Part shown: positions 30,111 through 38,775 of the stretch, piece after piece
How the letters are laid out: each line of letters opens with the position of its first letter
Position numbering within the stretch: position 1 is the first letter of the stretch
Assembly: GCA_963669175.1 (NCBI GenBank)
Contig: OY769902.1
Location: forward strand, 1,280,001 to 1,344,000
Direction of reading: 5' to 3'
Source of the DNA: a bacterium
Lineage (GTDB): Bacteria > Electryoneota > Electryoneia > Electryoneales > Electryoneaceae
Length of the DNA stretch: 64,000 nt
Position numbers and translations under genes: made by a program
The notes under the pieces: model-generated
The model's input: only the letters and a program-made list of their open reading frames with translations
Told to the model about the DNA's origin: nothing
The model's database searches: none

Positions 30111-30317
30111 AGCAATTTGAGGAACCTTTAACTGGCTATTGTCTGTACCTCGAATGAGTTATAGAAGGAGCACTTGAAAGATTCCAAGGCTGTACTGCAA
30201 TAACAGGGAGCCTTCAATTTGGCTTATGTTTGAACACTGAAGGAGTATTTGACAGTTGACTTGAAGGGAACAAGAAGGGTGGCTTGAAGGGATTAGAAAG
30301 GGTGACTATTATACATT

Positions 30318-30407
30318 CCCCGAAGGGGTTTAACTTGAATAGCGCGGTGGCGTAAGCCCCTGGAAAAATGGAAGATACCCCCCTTCGATCCCGAAGGGAT
30401 CGCACAA
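30318..30407. repeat. Multi-hairpin REP-like element
   Basis: CCCCGAAGGGG..TTGAATAGCGCGGTG.CGTAAGC..CGATCCCGAAGGGATCGCACAA. Reverse copy at 63374-63466. Confidence 0.8.
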
Positions 30408-30409
30408 CC

Positions 30410-31237
30410 CTACTGCATGTTTTCCCATTCTTTCAGCTTCGCGCTGGCCTGTTTCAATCTCTTGATTTCTTCGCTGGACAGTTTATCGATCCCGATCCGG
30501 TTAATTTTATCGAGCAGGTCGTCAATCTCTTTCTGCAGCTTCTCTTTTTCCTTATCCCGGTCCCAGACAACTTTCATTTTCTTCTTTGTTTTCTGCATGT
30601 CATTCCAGCGACGGAATTTGTACCACCAGAGATCTTTTTTCAGGTAGAGGAACCCGAACAACATGCCGCCAAGGTGGGCGAAATGGGCCACGCCACGGTT
30701 CGAGCCGCTCATGGCCATGAAAAGCTCAATTGCGCCGAAGATGATTACAAAATACTTCGCCTTCATCGGGATGGGCGGGAAAAGCAGCATTATCATCTGG
30801 TTGGGGAAACTCATGCCGAACGCCAGGAGCAGGCCGAAAATCGCACCGGACGCACCCACAATCGGGATCGGGCTGAACGGTGTAACCAGAGCGTTGGTGA
30901 AGCCTGCACCGATACCGCAAACGAAATAATACGTCAGGAACTTTCGTGAACCCCAGTACGCTTCCAGGGTACGTCCGAACATCCACAACGCGAACATGTT
31001 GAAAAACAGGTGGAAGAAATTCGACTGGGAATGCAGGAACATGTAGGTGACAGCCTGGAATATCCAGCCTTTCCAGAACAAAGCCGGCACCAGGCCAAAG
31101 GTCAGCGCCCAGCTTCCGGTACCACGTTCCAGCAGCATCTGGGTAAGGAATACGGCGACATTCGCAATAATGAGATTGCGGACGACTGTCCCCATGCCGC
31201 CAAATCCCCCGCCATATCCTCCGCCGTACCTGCTCAC
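30410..31237 (-). CDS. Rhomboid family intramembrane serine protease with C-terminal helical (DUF6576-like) tail
   Basis: TYMFLH, HLFFNM, VGASGA, AHFAHLGG, IDDLLDKINRIGIDKLS. Confidence 0.93.
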   Translation of the reverse strand: MSRYGGGYGGGFGGMGTVVRNLIIANVAVFLTQMLLERGTGSWALTFGLVPALFWKGWIFQAVTYMFLHSQSNFFHLFFNMFALWMFGRTLEAYWGSRKFLTYYFVCGIGAGFTNALVTPFSPIPIVGASGAIFGLLLAFGMSFPNQMIMLLFPPIPMKAKYFVIIFGAIELFMAMSGSNRGVAHFAHLGGMLFGFLYLKKDLWWYKFRRWNDMQKTKKKMKVVWDRDKEKEKLQKEIDDLLDKINRIGIDKLSSEEIKRLKQASAKLKEWENMQ

Positions 31238-31349
31238 TACGTTTTCCCTGGTTAGTTAGATCATCTGAAAAGATAGGCAATGCCTGCGCCGTATCCAACG
31301 TATACCCGTGACATCCGTCCAGGTCCACTTGTCCCATGCTCCAACCGGA

Positions 31350-31895
31350 TCAGGGTTCCTTGATTTTCGCGTCGATCAGCTCCAGAAGTCCGGTCATGGT
31401 CTTCTGTAACGCTTCGACCTCGCTACGTATGGACATCCAGTTGGTCAGATCACGTGCGATGACCACAGCCTGTATCGGTTTCCCGGTACGTCTTGCAATA
31501 GGAGCCGCCTTGGCACGGAACAAACGTGTCGGGCCGTTCTTTTGCGGGGCTTCCCAGGTGAACGGAACCTCGCTGTTGGAACGAATCGCGGAAACCGCCT
31601 GCCCCGATATTGTGCCAGCCTTTTTGTGATAAGGGAAAACCTCTTCAGCTTTCTTCTCGATGATCTCTTTCTCTGATAGCCCCAATAAGGCTAAGCCACG
31701 AGGATTGACATCGAGGAAACGGCCATCCTTATCCATCACCGCGACAAAATCTTCGTCATAGTCACGCCAAGCGTTGTAACGTGCCTGTACACCCAGCAAA
31801 CGCTTCTCTGTATCCCGAAGCATCAGCACTTCACGCTTCACATGCTGGTAATCATCCCAGAACTCGAAATCTGTCGGGTTTACCTGATCTGTCAT
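31350..31895 (-). CDS. Stand-alone PAS-domain protein with flanking coiled coils
   Basis: VMDKDGRFLDVNPRGLALLGLSEKEII...VVIARDLT. Confidence 0.8.
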   Translation of the reverse strand: MTDQVNPTDFEFWDDYQHVKREVLMLRDTEKRLLGVQARYNAWRDYDEDFVAVMDKDGRFLDVNPRGLALLGLSEKEIIEKKAEEVFPYHKKAGTISGQAVSAIRSNSEVPFTWEAPQKNGPTRLFRAKAAPIARRTGKPIQAVVIARDLTNWMSIRSEVEALQKTMTGLLELIDAKIKEP

Positions 31896-32072
31896 GGTGA
31901 ACCTCTCTCTCTTTGGAGTTGGAAAGTTATAAAGTTACAAAGTTGAAAAGTTATTAAAAGAAAAACTGGGACTGATCTTTCGCGGTCTGTTATTCATTGA
32001 TCAAAGGAAATAGAGAATAAAGACAATCTGCTCTCGATTCAATTCCGTCATAATGAAGATTGCCGGGAAAAG

Positions 32073-32248
32073 GGGACGGGATCCTTTTCCTCGTGCTAAT
32101 GCAGCATATTTCTGAACTATTCATGGAAAAGGAAACTGTCCCCTTTTCCGCGTAATTCCTGCTTGCTCCCAAGAAAAAAGGTACAGCCACCTTTCCCGGT
32201 CCATGCTCACAGCGGGAAGGCTTTACCCCAGGGAAAGGAGGCAGTCCC
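32073..32248 (+). repeat. Four-box element, family C
   Basis: Boxes GGGACGGGATCCTTTTC / GAAAAGGAAACTGTCCC / GGTACAGCCACCTTTCC / GGAAAGGAGGCAGTCCC. Spacers 36/37/35 bp. Flanks are homologous to 46760-46980. Confidence 0.85.
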
Positions 32249-32423
32249 CTTTTTCCATATTCTTTCTCCCCATATAGTAGATCTTTCACTGATATAGAAC
32301 ATAACCATATGGCAGATTAATATTGGGAATCGCTACACAACTGAAGGTGAAGCTCTTCAAATAAATTAAAATAGACCACCGCCGGACAAGCCGGCGGGGC
32401 CAACAGGGAATCAATCTTCTTCG

Positions 32424-32538
32424 CAGAAATCGTAGAATACTACAATCAGAAATCGTAGAATACTACAATCAGAAATCGTAGAATACTACAATCAGAAATC
32501 ATAGAATACTACAATCAGAAATCGTAGAACACTACTAT
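32424..32538 (+). repeat. 23-bp tandem repeat CAGAAATCGTAGAATACTACAAT, five units
   Basis: Five near-identical units plus a degenerate sixth. Each contains a GTAG-AATA-CTAC dyad. Confidence 0.92.
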
Positions 32539-32613
32539 CACAAATCGTTGCATATCACTGTTATAAACTGTAGTCCTTCATAAAATGCAGTTGTATCCTG
32601 AATATCCTTTTTA

Positions 32614-32945
32614 GGCTGCTCACAAGAATTTTTGCATATTATCGACGAGCACGTTTCGTCAGGTCTTGACATGATGCCTTTTCTTGTTCTTCTCCGTAAT
32701 TTCAGACATCTGTCCGACTTCACACCTGCTATTTCACATGATAGATCATCATCAGGCATCATGTTATGTCCTGACGGCAGTGAGAGTACCGATACCGGTG
32801 GCAGGTCACAACGCGACAATAACAGGGTGAGAGGTGGTTTCAGAATCATCGTGCATTCAGGAAAACATAGCGAAAGCCGAAAACGGAAAGTCGCGTCAAG
32901 ACCTGCCACAACTTTGCCCGGATGCACAAATTCTTGTGAGGAACC
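32614..32945. mobile_element. 332-bp MITE (family B) with perfect 8-bp target duplication CCTTTTTA
   Basis: TIRs ggctgctcacaagaatttttgcat / atgcacaaattcttgtgaggaacc. CCTTTTTA at 32606-32613 and 32946-32953. Inserted in an ATCCT array. Confidence 0.92.
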
Positions 32946-32986
32946 CCTTTTTATCCTGTTCATCCTTTAAATTCAGCTTGTGAGTC

Positions 32987-34498
32987 CTATTCTTCGCTCG
33001 GAGCTTCGTCCCTGTCACGGAGCAACGGGAACAGGAGTACGTCACGGATCGAGCTGCGGTCGGTCATCAGCATGACCAAACGATCCACACCCATCCCCAG
33101 GCCGGCCGTGGGGGGCATACCCAACTCCAGCACGCCAAGGAAATCCTCGTCGAGCTGCATGGCTTCATCATCGCCCGCCATACGTGCTTTCGCCTGTGCT
33201 TCGAACCGTTCGCGCTGATCCTGAGGATCGGTCAACTCGCTGAAACTGTTGGCCAGTTCCATCCCTCCGGCAAAAGCTTCAAAGCGTTCCACCAGCCGTT
33301 TGTCATCACGGTGCCGTTTCGCCAACGGACTCAACTCAACCGGGTAATCGATCATGAAGGTCGCGCGTTTGAAGGTAGGCTCGACCAGTTCCCCGGCCAG
33401 TTCATCCAACGCCTTGCCTAAAGCGTACTTGGGATCAATCATGATGTTATTCTTTTTGGCGACCTCACGCACCTTCTCCAGGTCAGCGCCCAGCAGATCC
33501 TCACCGGTTATTTCCTTGAGGGCGTCGAAGAAGTTCACTCGCGGCCAGGGCGGAGTGTAATCCAGCACCTCGCCGTTAAACGGCGCCTGGTAGCTGCCGT
33601 GAATCTTCATCACCGTATCCGCGACGATCTTTTCGACCAGCTCCATGTGATACGTATAATCCTTGAAGGCGATGTAACATTCCATCATGGTGAACTCGGG
33701 ATTGTGCGTCCGGTCCACGCCTTCATTACGGAAATCCTTGGAGATTTCGTAGACACGATCCAGTCCGCCCACGATCAGCCGCTTCAGGTACAGCTCGTCT
33801 GCGATGCGCAGGTACAGCTTCTTTTTGAGCTGGTTGTGGTGGGTTTCGAACGGACGCGCGGTGCCGCCACCGTACAGGGGCTGGAGAACGGGAGTTTCTA
33901 CTTCAAGGAAACCCTGCTCGTCCAGGATGCGGCGCATGTTCGAGATGATCATCGCGCGTGTACGGAAAGAGTCACGCACTTCCGGGTTGACGATGAGGTC
34001 CAGCGCACGGTTACGGTAGCGTTCATCGGGATCGGAAAACTCATGGTGACGTTCCCCGGTTTCCGCATCTTCCTTTACTACGGGTAGCGGACGGATATTC
34101 TTGGCCAGCAGGGTGTATTCCTGAACATGCAGAGATTTCTCGCCGGTTTTGGTGACCATAACCTTCCCCACCAGTCCCAGCCAGTCACCCAGGTCTACCG
34201 AGCTTTTGTACAGGGCATAGGGCTCTTCGCCGACATCGTCACGCTTGATGTAAAACTGGACTCTTCCGGTATCGTCCAGGAAATGTGCGAAGGAGGCTTT
34301 GCCCATGACACGCTTGGCGACAACACGTCCCGCCATGCGAACCACAATCTCTTTTTCCTGGAGTTCGTCGAACTCTTCCAGCATCTGTGCGACAGTGTGG
34401 GTACGATCAAATTCGTACGGATATGGCTCAACGCCGGCCTCGACAAACTTCTGTAACTTGGCCTTGCGTGTTTCGATCAACTGCTGTAGGGTTTCCAT
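32987..34498 (-). CDS. lysS: Lysine--tRNA ligase (class II)
   Basis: RVMGKASF, FLEVETP, YLRIADELYLKRLIVGG, FRNEG..THNPEFT, GMPPTAGLGMGVDRLVM. Start at METLQQ. Confidence 0.97.
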   Translation of the reverse strand: METLQQLIETRKAKLQKFVEAGVEPYPYEFDRTHTVAQMLEEFDELQEKEIVVRMAGRVVAKRVMGKASFAHFLDDTGRVQFYIKRDDVGEEPYALYKSSVDLGDWLGLVGKVMVTKTGEKSLHVQEYTLLAKNIRPLPVVKEDAETGERHHEFSDPDERYRNRALDLIVNPEVRDSFRTRAMIISNMRRILDEQGFLEVETPVLQPLYGGGTARPFETHHNQLKKKLYLRIADELYLKRLIVGGLDRVYEISKDFRNEGVDRTHNPEFTMMECYIAFKDYTYHMELVEKIVADTVMKIHGSYQAPFNGEVLDYTPPWPRVNFFDALKEITGEDLLGADLEKVREVAKKNNIMIDPKYALGKALDELAGELVEPTFKRATFMIDYPVELSPLAKRHRDDKRLVERFEAFAGGMELANSFSELTDPQDQRERFEAQAKARMAGDDEAMQLDEDFLGVLELGMPPTAGLGMGVDRLVMLMTDRSSIRDVLLFPLLRDRDEAPSEE

Positions 34499-35631
34499 CC
34501 GTGTCCCTCGTAAATCCGCGGCACTCGTGTCGTCCAGCCGCATAATATCTCGTATGCAATGGTCTGAGCGTGGCCTGCAAGCTCCCACGCTCCAATTCGT
34601 TCTTCTTCCTGTCGTCCGATCAGGACTGCTTCCGCGCCCACCGAATGCTGGTCTTCACCCAGCCAGACCATGAGCTGATCCATGCTGATATTCCCGACGA
34701 CCGGGTATCGTTTCCCCCCGATCAGCACATCGGCACGATTGGATAAAATTCGCGGGTATCCATCACCGTAGCCTACCGGAAGCGTTGCCAGCCAGCCGTC
34801 ACGCGGTGCGCTCCAACTATGCATGTAGCCGACGCCCATGCCCTTACGGATACCTTTGAAGAATACTACTTCCGTCTGTACGCTCAGCGCGGGCTTCAAA
34901 TCCCATTTCCCGTCCAGGTGTGGCCCGGGACCGTAGCCATATAAGGTAAGTCCCGGTCTTACCATGTCATAGGTGACATTTTTCAGGTTATACAGTGAAG
35001 AGCTGTTCGCAAGATGCGCCAGCGGCACTTCCAGCCCTTGTCGCTTCAGGTTGTCCAGAACTTCCTGGAACATTTCATGTTGACGCATGGCCAGCTCGAC
35101 ATCCGGCCCCTGGGCACGTACAAAATGGCTGAAAATGCCGACAAGGTCCATGTTTGGCATCTTTGCCACACCCAACGCGTACGCTACGGCGTTCTGCACA
35201 CGTACACCGATACGGTTCATGCCGGTGTCCACCTTCAGATGCACACGTGCAATACGGTTCATCCGTTGCGCTTCTTCAGAAATCTGCTGTGCTTTATACA
35301 AGCTGGAAGCCGTCATGTCCAGGTGATAATCAAGGAAGTGCTTCACCTGGTAACCAACCAGTCCGCCGAGGACAAGGATCGGCGCTTCGATCCCGGCCTG
35401 ACGCAGTTTGATCCCCTCTTCCAGGAAAGCGACGCCGAAAAAGTCGACACCCAGGTCCGCGAATTTTCGGGCTGCGGGCACCAACCCGTGTCCGTAAGCG
35501 TCTGCCTTCATAATCGCCATAATCTTGGCGTTGCCCGTGTGCTTACGCACTTCCGCAACATTGTGCGTCAGGGCATCAAGGTCAATCCGCATGTGTGTCG
35601 GACGTAAACGATAGGTTATACTCATGTTCAT
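34477..35631 (-). CDS. alr: Alanine racemase
   Basis: AIMKADAYGHG (PLP lysine), HLKVDTGMNRIG, HLANS, PVGYGDGYPR, GNISMDQ, TIAYE. Confidence 0.96.
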   Translation of the reverse strand: MNMSITYRLRPTHMRIDLDALTHNVAEVRKHTGNAKIMAIMKADAYGHGLVPAARKFADLGVDFFGVAFLEEGIKLRQAGIEAPILVLGGLVGYQVKHFLDYHLDMTASSLYKAQQISEEAQRMNRIARVHLKVDTGMNRIGVRVQNAVAYALGVAKMPNMDLVGIFSHFVRAQGPDVELAMRQHEMFQEVLDNLKRQGLEVPLAHLANSSSLYNLKNVTYDMVRPGLTLYGYGPGPHLDGKWDLKPALSVQTEVVFFKGIRKGMGVGYMHSWSAPRDGWLATLPVGYGDGYPRILSNRADVLIGGKRYPVVGNISMDQLMVWLGEDQHSVGAEAVLIGRQEEERIGAWELAGHAQTIAYEILCGWTTRVPRIYEGHGWKPYSS

Positions 35632-35787
35632 CCCGGGTTACGGCTGCGTTCGAAGGGGACCCACCCGGTCAAACCAGCCCGTTCGGATGATAATGTATCC
35701 AGAGTCCATTCGCAAAAGCTGAAAGCAAACAGGCTCGGCTCGCAGACTGCTCCGGAAAATGGGAAAAGCCGCTAAAATCCAAGTTGT

Positions 35788-36033
35788 GGCAGGTCTTGAC
35801 GCGGCCGTTATGAATTCTCCCTGAGAGGTTTTCCATGGCAACCAAAGATGCCAATCAAATCACGAATCGCGACTACCGGTCGCGTTGTGACCTGCCACCA
35901 GCCGCTGATCCCTTTTACCGTCAGGTCACAACGTGATGCAGAGCGAATATCCATGGAGATAGCAGGCAAAATACTTGTCATACACCTGAGGATGCTGAAA
36001 GATCTCGAAATCTGCATCACGTCAAGACCTGAC
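35788..36033 (-). repeat. Four-box core of family B without MITE ends (diverged, inverted)
   Basis: Boxes GGCAGGTCTTGACGCGG / TCGCGTTGTGACCTGCC / GTCAGGTCACAACGTGA / TCACGTCAAGACCTGAC. No TCACAAGAATTT TIR nearby. Confidence 0.85.
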
Positions 36034-36137
36034 GGAACTTTAAAAAACGGGATAGACCACTTCGGGTCAGTCCCTGTTTTTCGTCAATAAAAAACCCTCG
36101 ACCAGTGGCCGAGGGTATGGATAGCAACTGGGAAAAT

Positions 36138-36605
36138 CTATTGTCTGGCGTCTTCAGGCGCCGGATTGTTTTTCTGTTCACGGATCAGTTTACCCAACCC
36201 GGCAATATCATCATAGAGTTTTTCAATAGCGGTCATGGGATCATTCAGGTAATCTTTACGGCTCACCACATTGTCCGCGGGTTCACGTGACCCGGTTTTC
36301 CAGTGATAATAGCTGAAGGGACGTAACTGGGCCGCTTTGATCACCGACTGACGTGTCCAGGCCTCGCCAAGCTGGGCAACACCTTCATCCATCGCACGTT
36401 CAAACAGCAAATCGGATACGATGAAGAAACCTTCCACTCGGGAACGCAAACTCGTTTCCTGATCTACTCGATCTATTGGCATTACTTTCTTCAAGTCTTC
36501 AAGGAAATCCTGTGGATCCTGTGACCCGTTTATAAAATCTTGTGCTGCAGCACGCAGTTTGTCAATCTGTTCCTGTGTCGCAAAGTAAAGTTTCTGGTCC
36601 GACAT
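36138..36605 (-). CDS. Hypothetical protein (155 aa)
   Basis: AGGAG Shine-Dalgarno before MSDQKLYF, downstream hairpins at 36042-36116. No recognised motif. Confidence 0.7.
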   Translation of the reverse strand: MSDQKLYFATQEQIDKLRAAAQDFINGSQDPQDFLEDLKKVMPIDRVDQETSLRSRVEGFFIVSDLLFERAMDEGVAQLGEAWTRQSVIKAAQLRPFSYYHWKTGSREPADNVVSRKDYLNDPMTAIEKLYDDIAGLGKLIREQKNNPAPEDARQ

Positions 36606-36987
36606 AACTCCTCCTATTCGTATCCGGCCTGATGCCGGCGCTGCAAATGCTTCCGCCTCCTCACAAGAAGACACTTGCCGAATGAGTCAACTTGCACCTA
36701 CCGGTCAAATAAGTCCTAAGGTTGATTCAATTCTATAAAGCCAGATAGTGAAGGAAATTACACAAATCAGTGGTTTTATGAGGGTTGCAATATCTCAGAA
36801 TGTATGTAAGTCAAGTTAAGCAATTGTTTTTACTTGCTCTAACTCGAGTGAATAGGGCATTCAACCATCAATACTTGTTTTTCTATATCAAATATACACC
36901 ACCAACAGGAGAAAACCAATCACGACTAAGGCAATACTGCGAAACTTGAGAGTAAAAAGTGCGTAATTGTTGACCGTCCACTAAAGA

Positions 36988-37011
36988 AATACCCGGCCGA
37001 AGCCGGGTATT
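36988..37011 (-). terminator. Probable terminator of the M24 peptidase gene
   Basis: AATACCCGGC-CGAA-GCCGGGTATT hairpin. Confidence 0.65.
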
Positions 37012-37035
37012 CACAGTGGTGCTATTGAGGAAATA

Positions 37036-38202
37036 CTAAGGTTTTACAAAGAACGGGTCCAGAGAAAGCGCCTCGTCCAGAATCTCGCGACCGTCCCTGG
37101 TCACCAGGACCATATTTTCAGTCCGGTAAGCGCCTTCGCCCTTTTCATACATTCCCGGCTCAGAGGTGACAATCATACCGGCTTCCAAGGTGATGCCCTG
37201 GCTGAACGGGATACCGAAATCATCCGCGCCTTCCGGTAATGGTGTCAGACGCGGCAGCTCATGCACATACGCGCCGCCGGTGCCATGACCAGCGCCGTGG
37301 AACGGCTTTTCAATCCCGGCCGCACGCAAGCCATCGACATACGCTTGACCGGCCAGGTTGGACGGGAATCCGGGCTTGATCTCTTCGATTACCGCCTGCA
37401 TCCAGCTTTCCTGTAGCATCTTCATGCCCTGCACCAGCGGCGGCAGCTCGTCAGTCATCACAACCATACGAGTCATGTCGGTGCATACGCCCTTATACGT
37501 GATACCCCAGTCCACCAGCATGACTTTGCGATTCTTCAGCAAACGTGGTTCATGGGTCATGTCCGGGTGCGGTGTATCCGCATCACCATCCGTGGCTACC
37601 AGGGAGTCAAAGGACACGCCTTCGCCGCCCAGTTCGGTGCCGTATTCTTCGAGACGATCACGGAAGCCCAGGTCCGTAGCTGTATCCCAGTTCTGCGGCA
37701 GCCATTCGTCAACCATGTAACGGAACTGACGGATCGCGATATCCACCGCTTCACGGATCAGGGTTAGCTCCAGGTCGCCCTTGATCATGCGCAGACGGTC
37801 AATAAATCCCGGCGGTACATCCAATGCTTTCACATCCAGCATCTGGGGCAGTACCTGGTAAATATCGAGCGCCATACCACGTGTATCGAGGACCAGCATC
37901 TCCGCGCCACCGACCAGTTCCTTCAGGTCCGGATAACGATGCGGGTGCTTTGCCGCCCAGATGAACGGTTCCACGCCGGGGATTTCCGGGATACGGTTCT
38001 CGTAACGACCATCGGTGATAAACCAGCTTTTCTCCTGACCGACGATAACATGAGCGTCTTTCTGAAAATCCGGAGCTATTCCTGTAAGCCATCCCACATT
38101 GGACGGATCAGTAACCAGCATCGGGGCGCCGTTCTTCTGTTCCTTGAGCGCGTCACGGACGCGGGAAAATCGTTCCTGTAATAGTTCTACCGGAGCCGGC
38201 AT
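37036..38202 (-). CDS. M24 family Xaa-Pro aminopeptidase/dipeptidase
   Basis: TDGRY, RMIK, metal ligands in DWG..TDMTR, HGAGHG..VHE, SEPGMY and RTEN. Confidence 0.9.
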   Translation of the reverse strand: MPAPVELLQERFSRVRDALKEQKNGAPMLVTDPSNVGWLTGIAPDFQKDAHVIVGQEKSWFITDGRYENRIPEIPGVEPFIWAAKHPHRYPDLKELVGGAEMLVLDTRGMALDIYQVLPQMLDVKALDVPPGFIDRLRMIKGDLELTLIREAVDIAIRQFRYMVDEWLPQNWDTATDLGFRDRLEEYGTELGGEGVSFDSLVATDGDADTPHPDMTHEPRLLKNRKVMLVDWGITYKGVCTDMTRMVVMTDELPPLVQGMKMLQESWMQAVIEEIKPGFPSNLAGQAYVDGLRAAGIEKPFHGAGHGTGGAYVHELPRLTPLPEGADDFGIPFSQGITLEAGMIVTSEPGMYEKGEGAYRTENMVLVTRDGREILDEALSLDPFFVKP

Positions 38203-38392
38203 GGTATATCTCCTTCTATCTATGCAAGTGAATGGTAAAAATGTAACCACAGAATTATTAAGATGAGGGATACCGAACAAATATGCAAGAGGCTGGAGTG
38301 GAGGTAGTTCTCTCTCGCCATGTTATATGATTTGTGCATCGAGTACCCCAAGTAGTGCTTTGATATAAGTACCTCATTTTCTTCCATATATA

Positions 38393-38573
38393 AGTCGGGT
38401 GGCCCTGTACGTTTCGAACAGTATTGCAAAAGAGTGCATGGCCCGATTTGCCGGTGTTGAAACATGAATCTCTCAAAATGCTGACAACACGTGTGAGTCG
38501 TCATCCTGTGATGCGGGCATTAAGCAAGTCGGGATTGGAGATGGTCGGGATTGGAGTCGGGATTGGAGATGGG
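38393..38573. repeat. Degenerate family F-like boxes with three tandem GTCGGGATTGGA units
   Basis: AAGTCGGGTGGCCC...TGGCCCGATTTGCC, then GTCGGGATTGGA at 38528, 38544 and 38556. Confidence 0.55.
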
Positions 38574-38775
38574 CTGTGTAGAGATAGAGTGTATTGTTCG
38601 TCTGTTTTTCTGGATCGGTCCACTGGCAGTATTGAAAGAGTCTCACAGTTACATTTGGGTTTAACGAATCAAGAGCCTATATTGGACAGGTTGAGAGGCC
38701 GGGCGGAAGGGGTCCGGTTGGAGGAACGCCCCACATCTTCGGGGTGCGCATCCCCGCGACAACCTGGAGATTCAT

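Noticed and set aside
32424-32538. Possible CRISPR array (23-bp units)
   Set aside because: The units are contiguous with no unique spacers.
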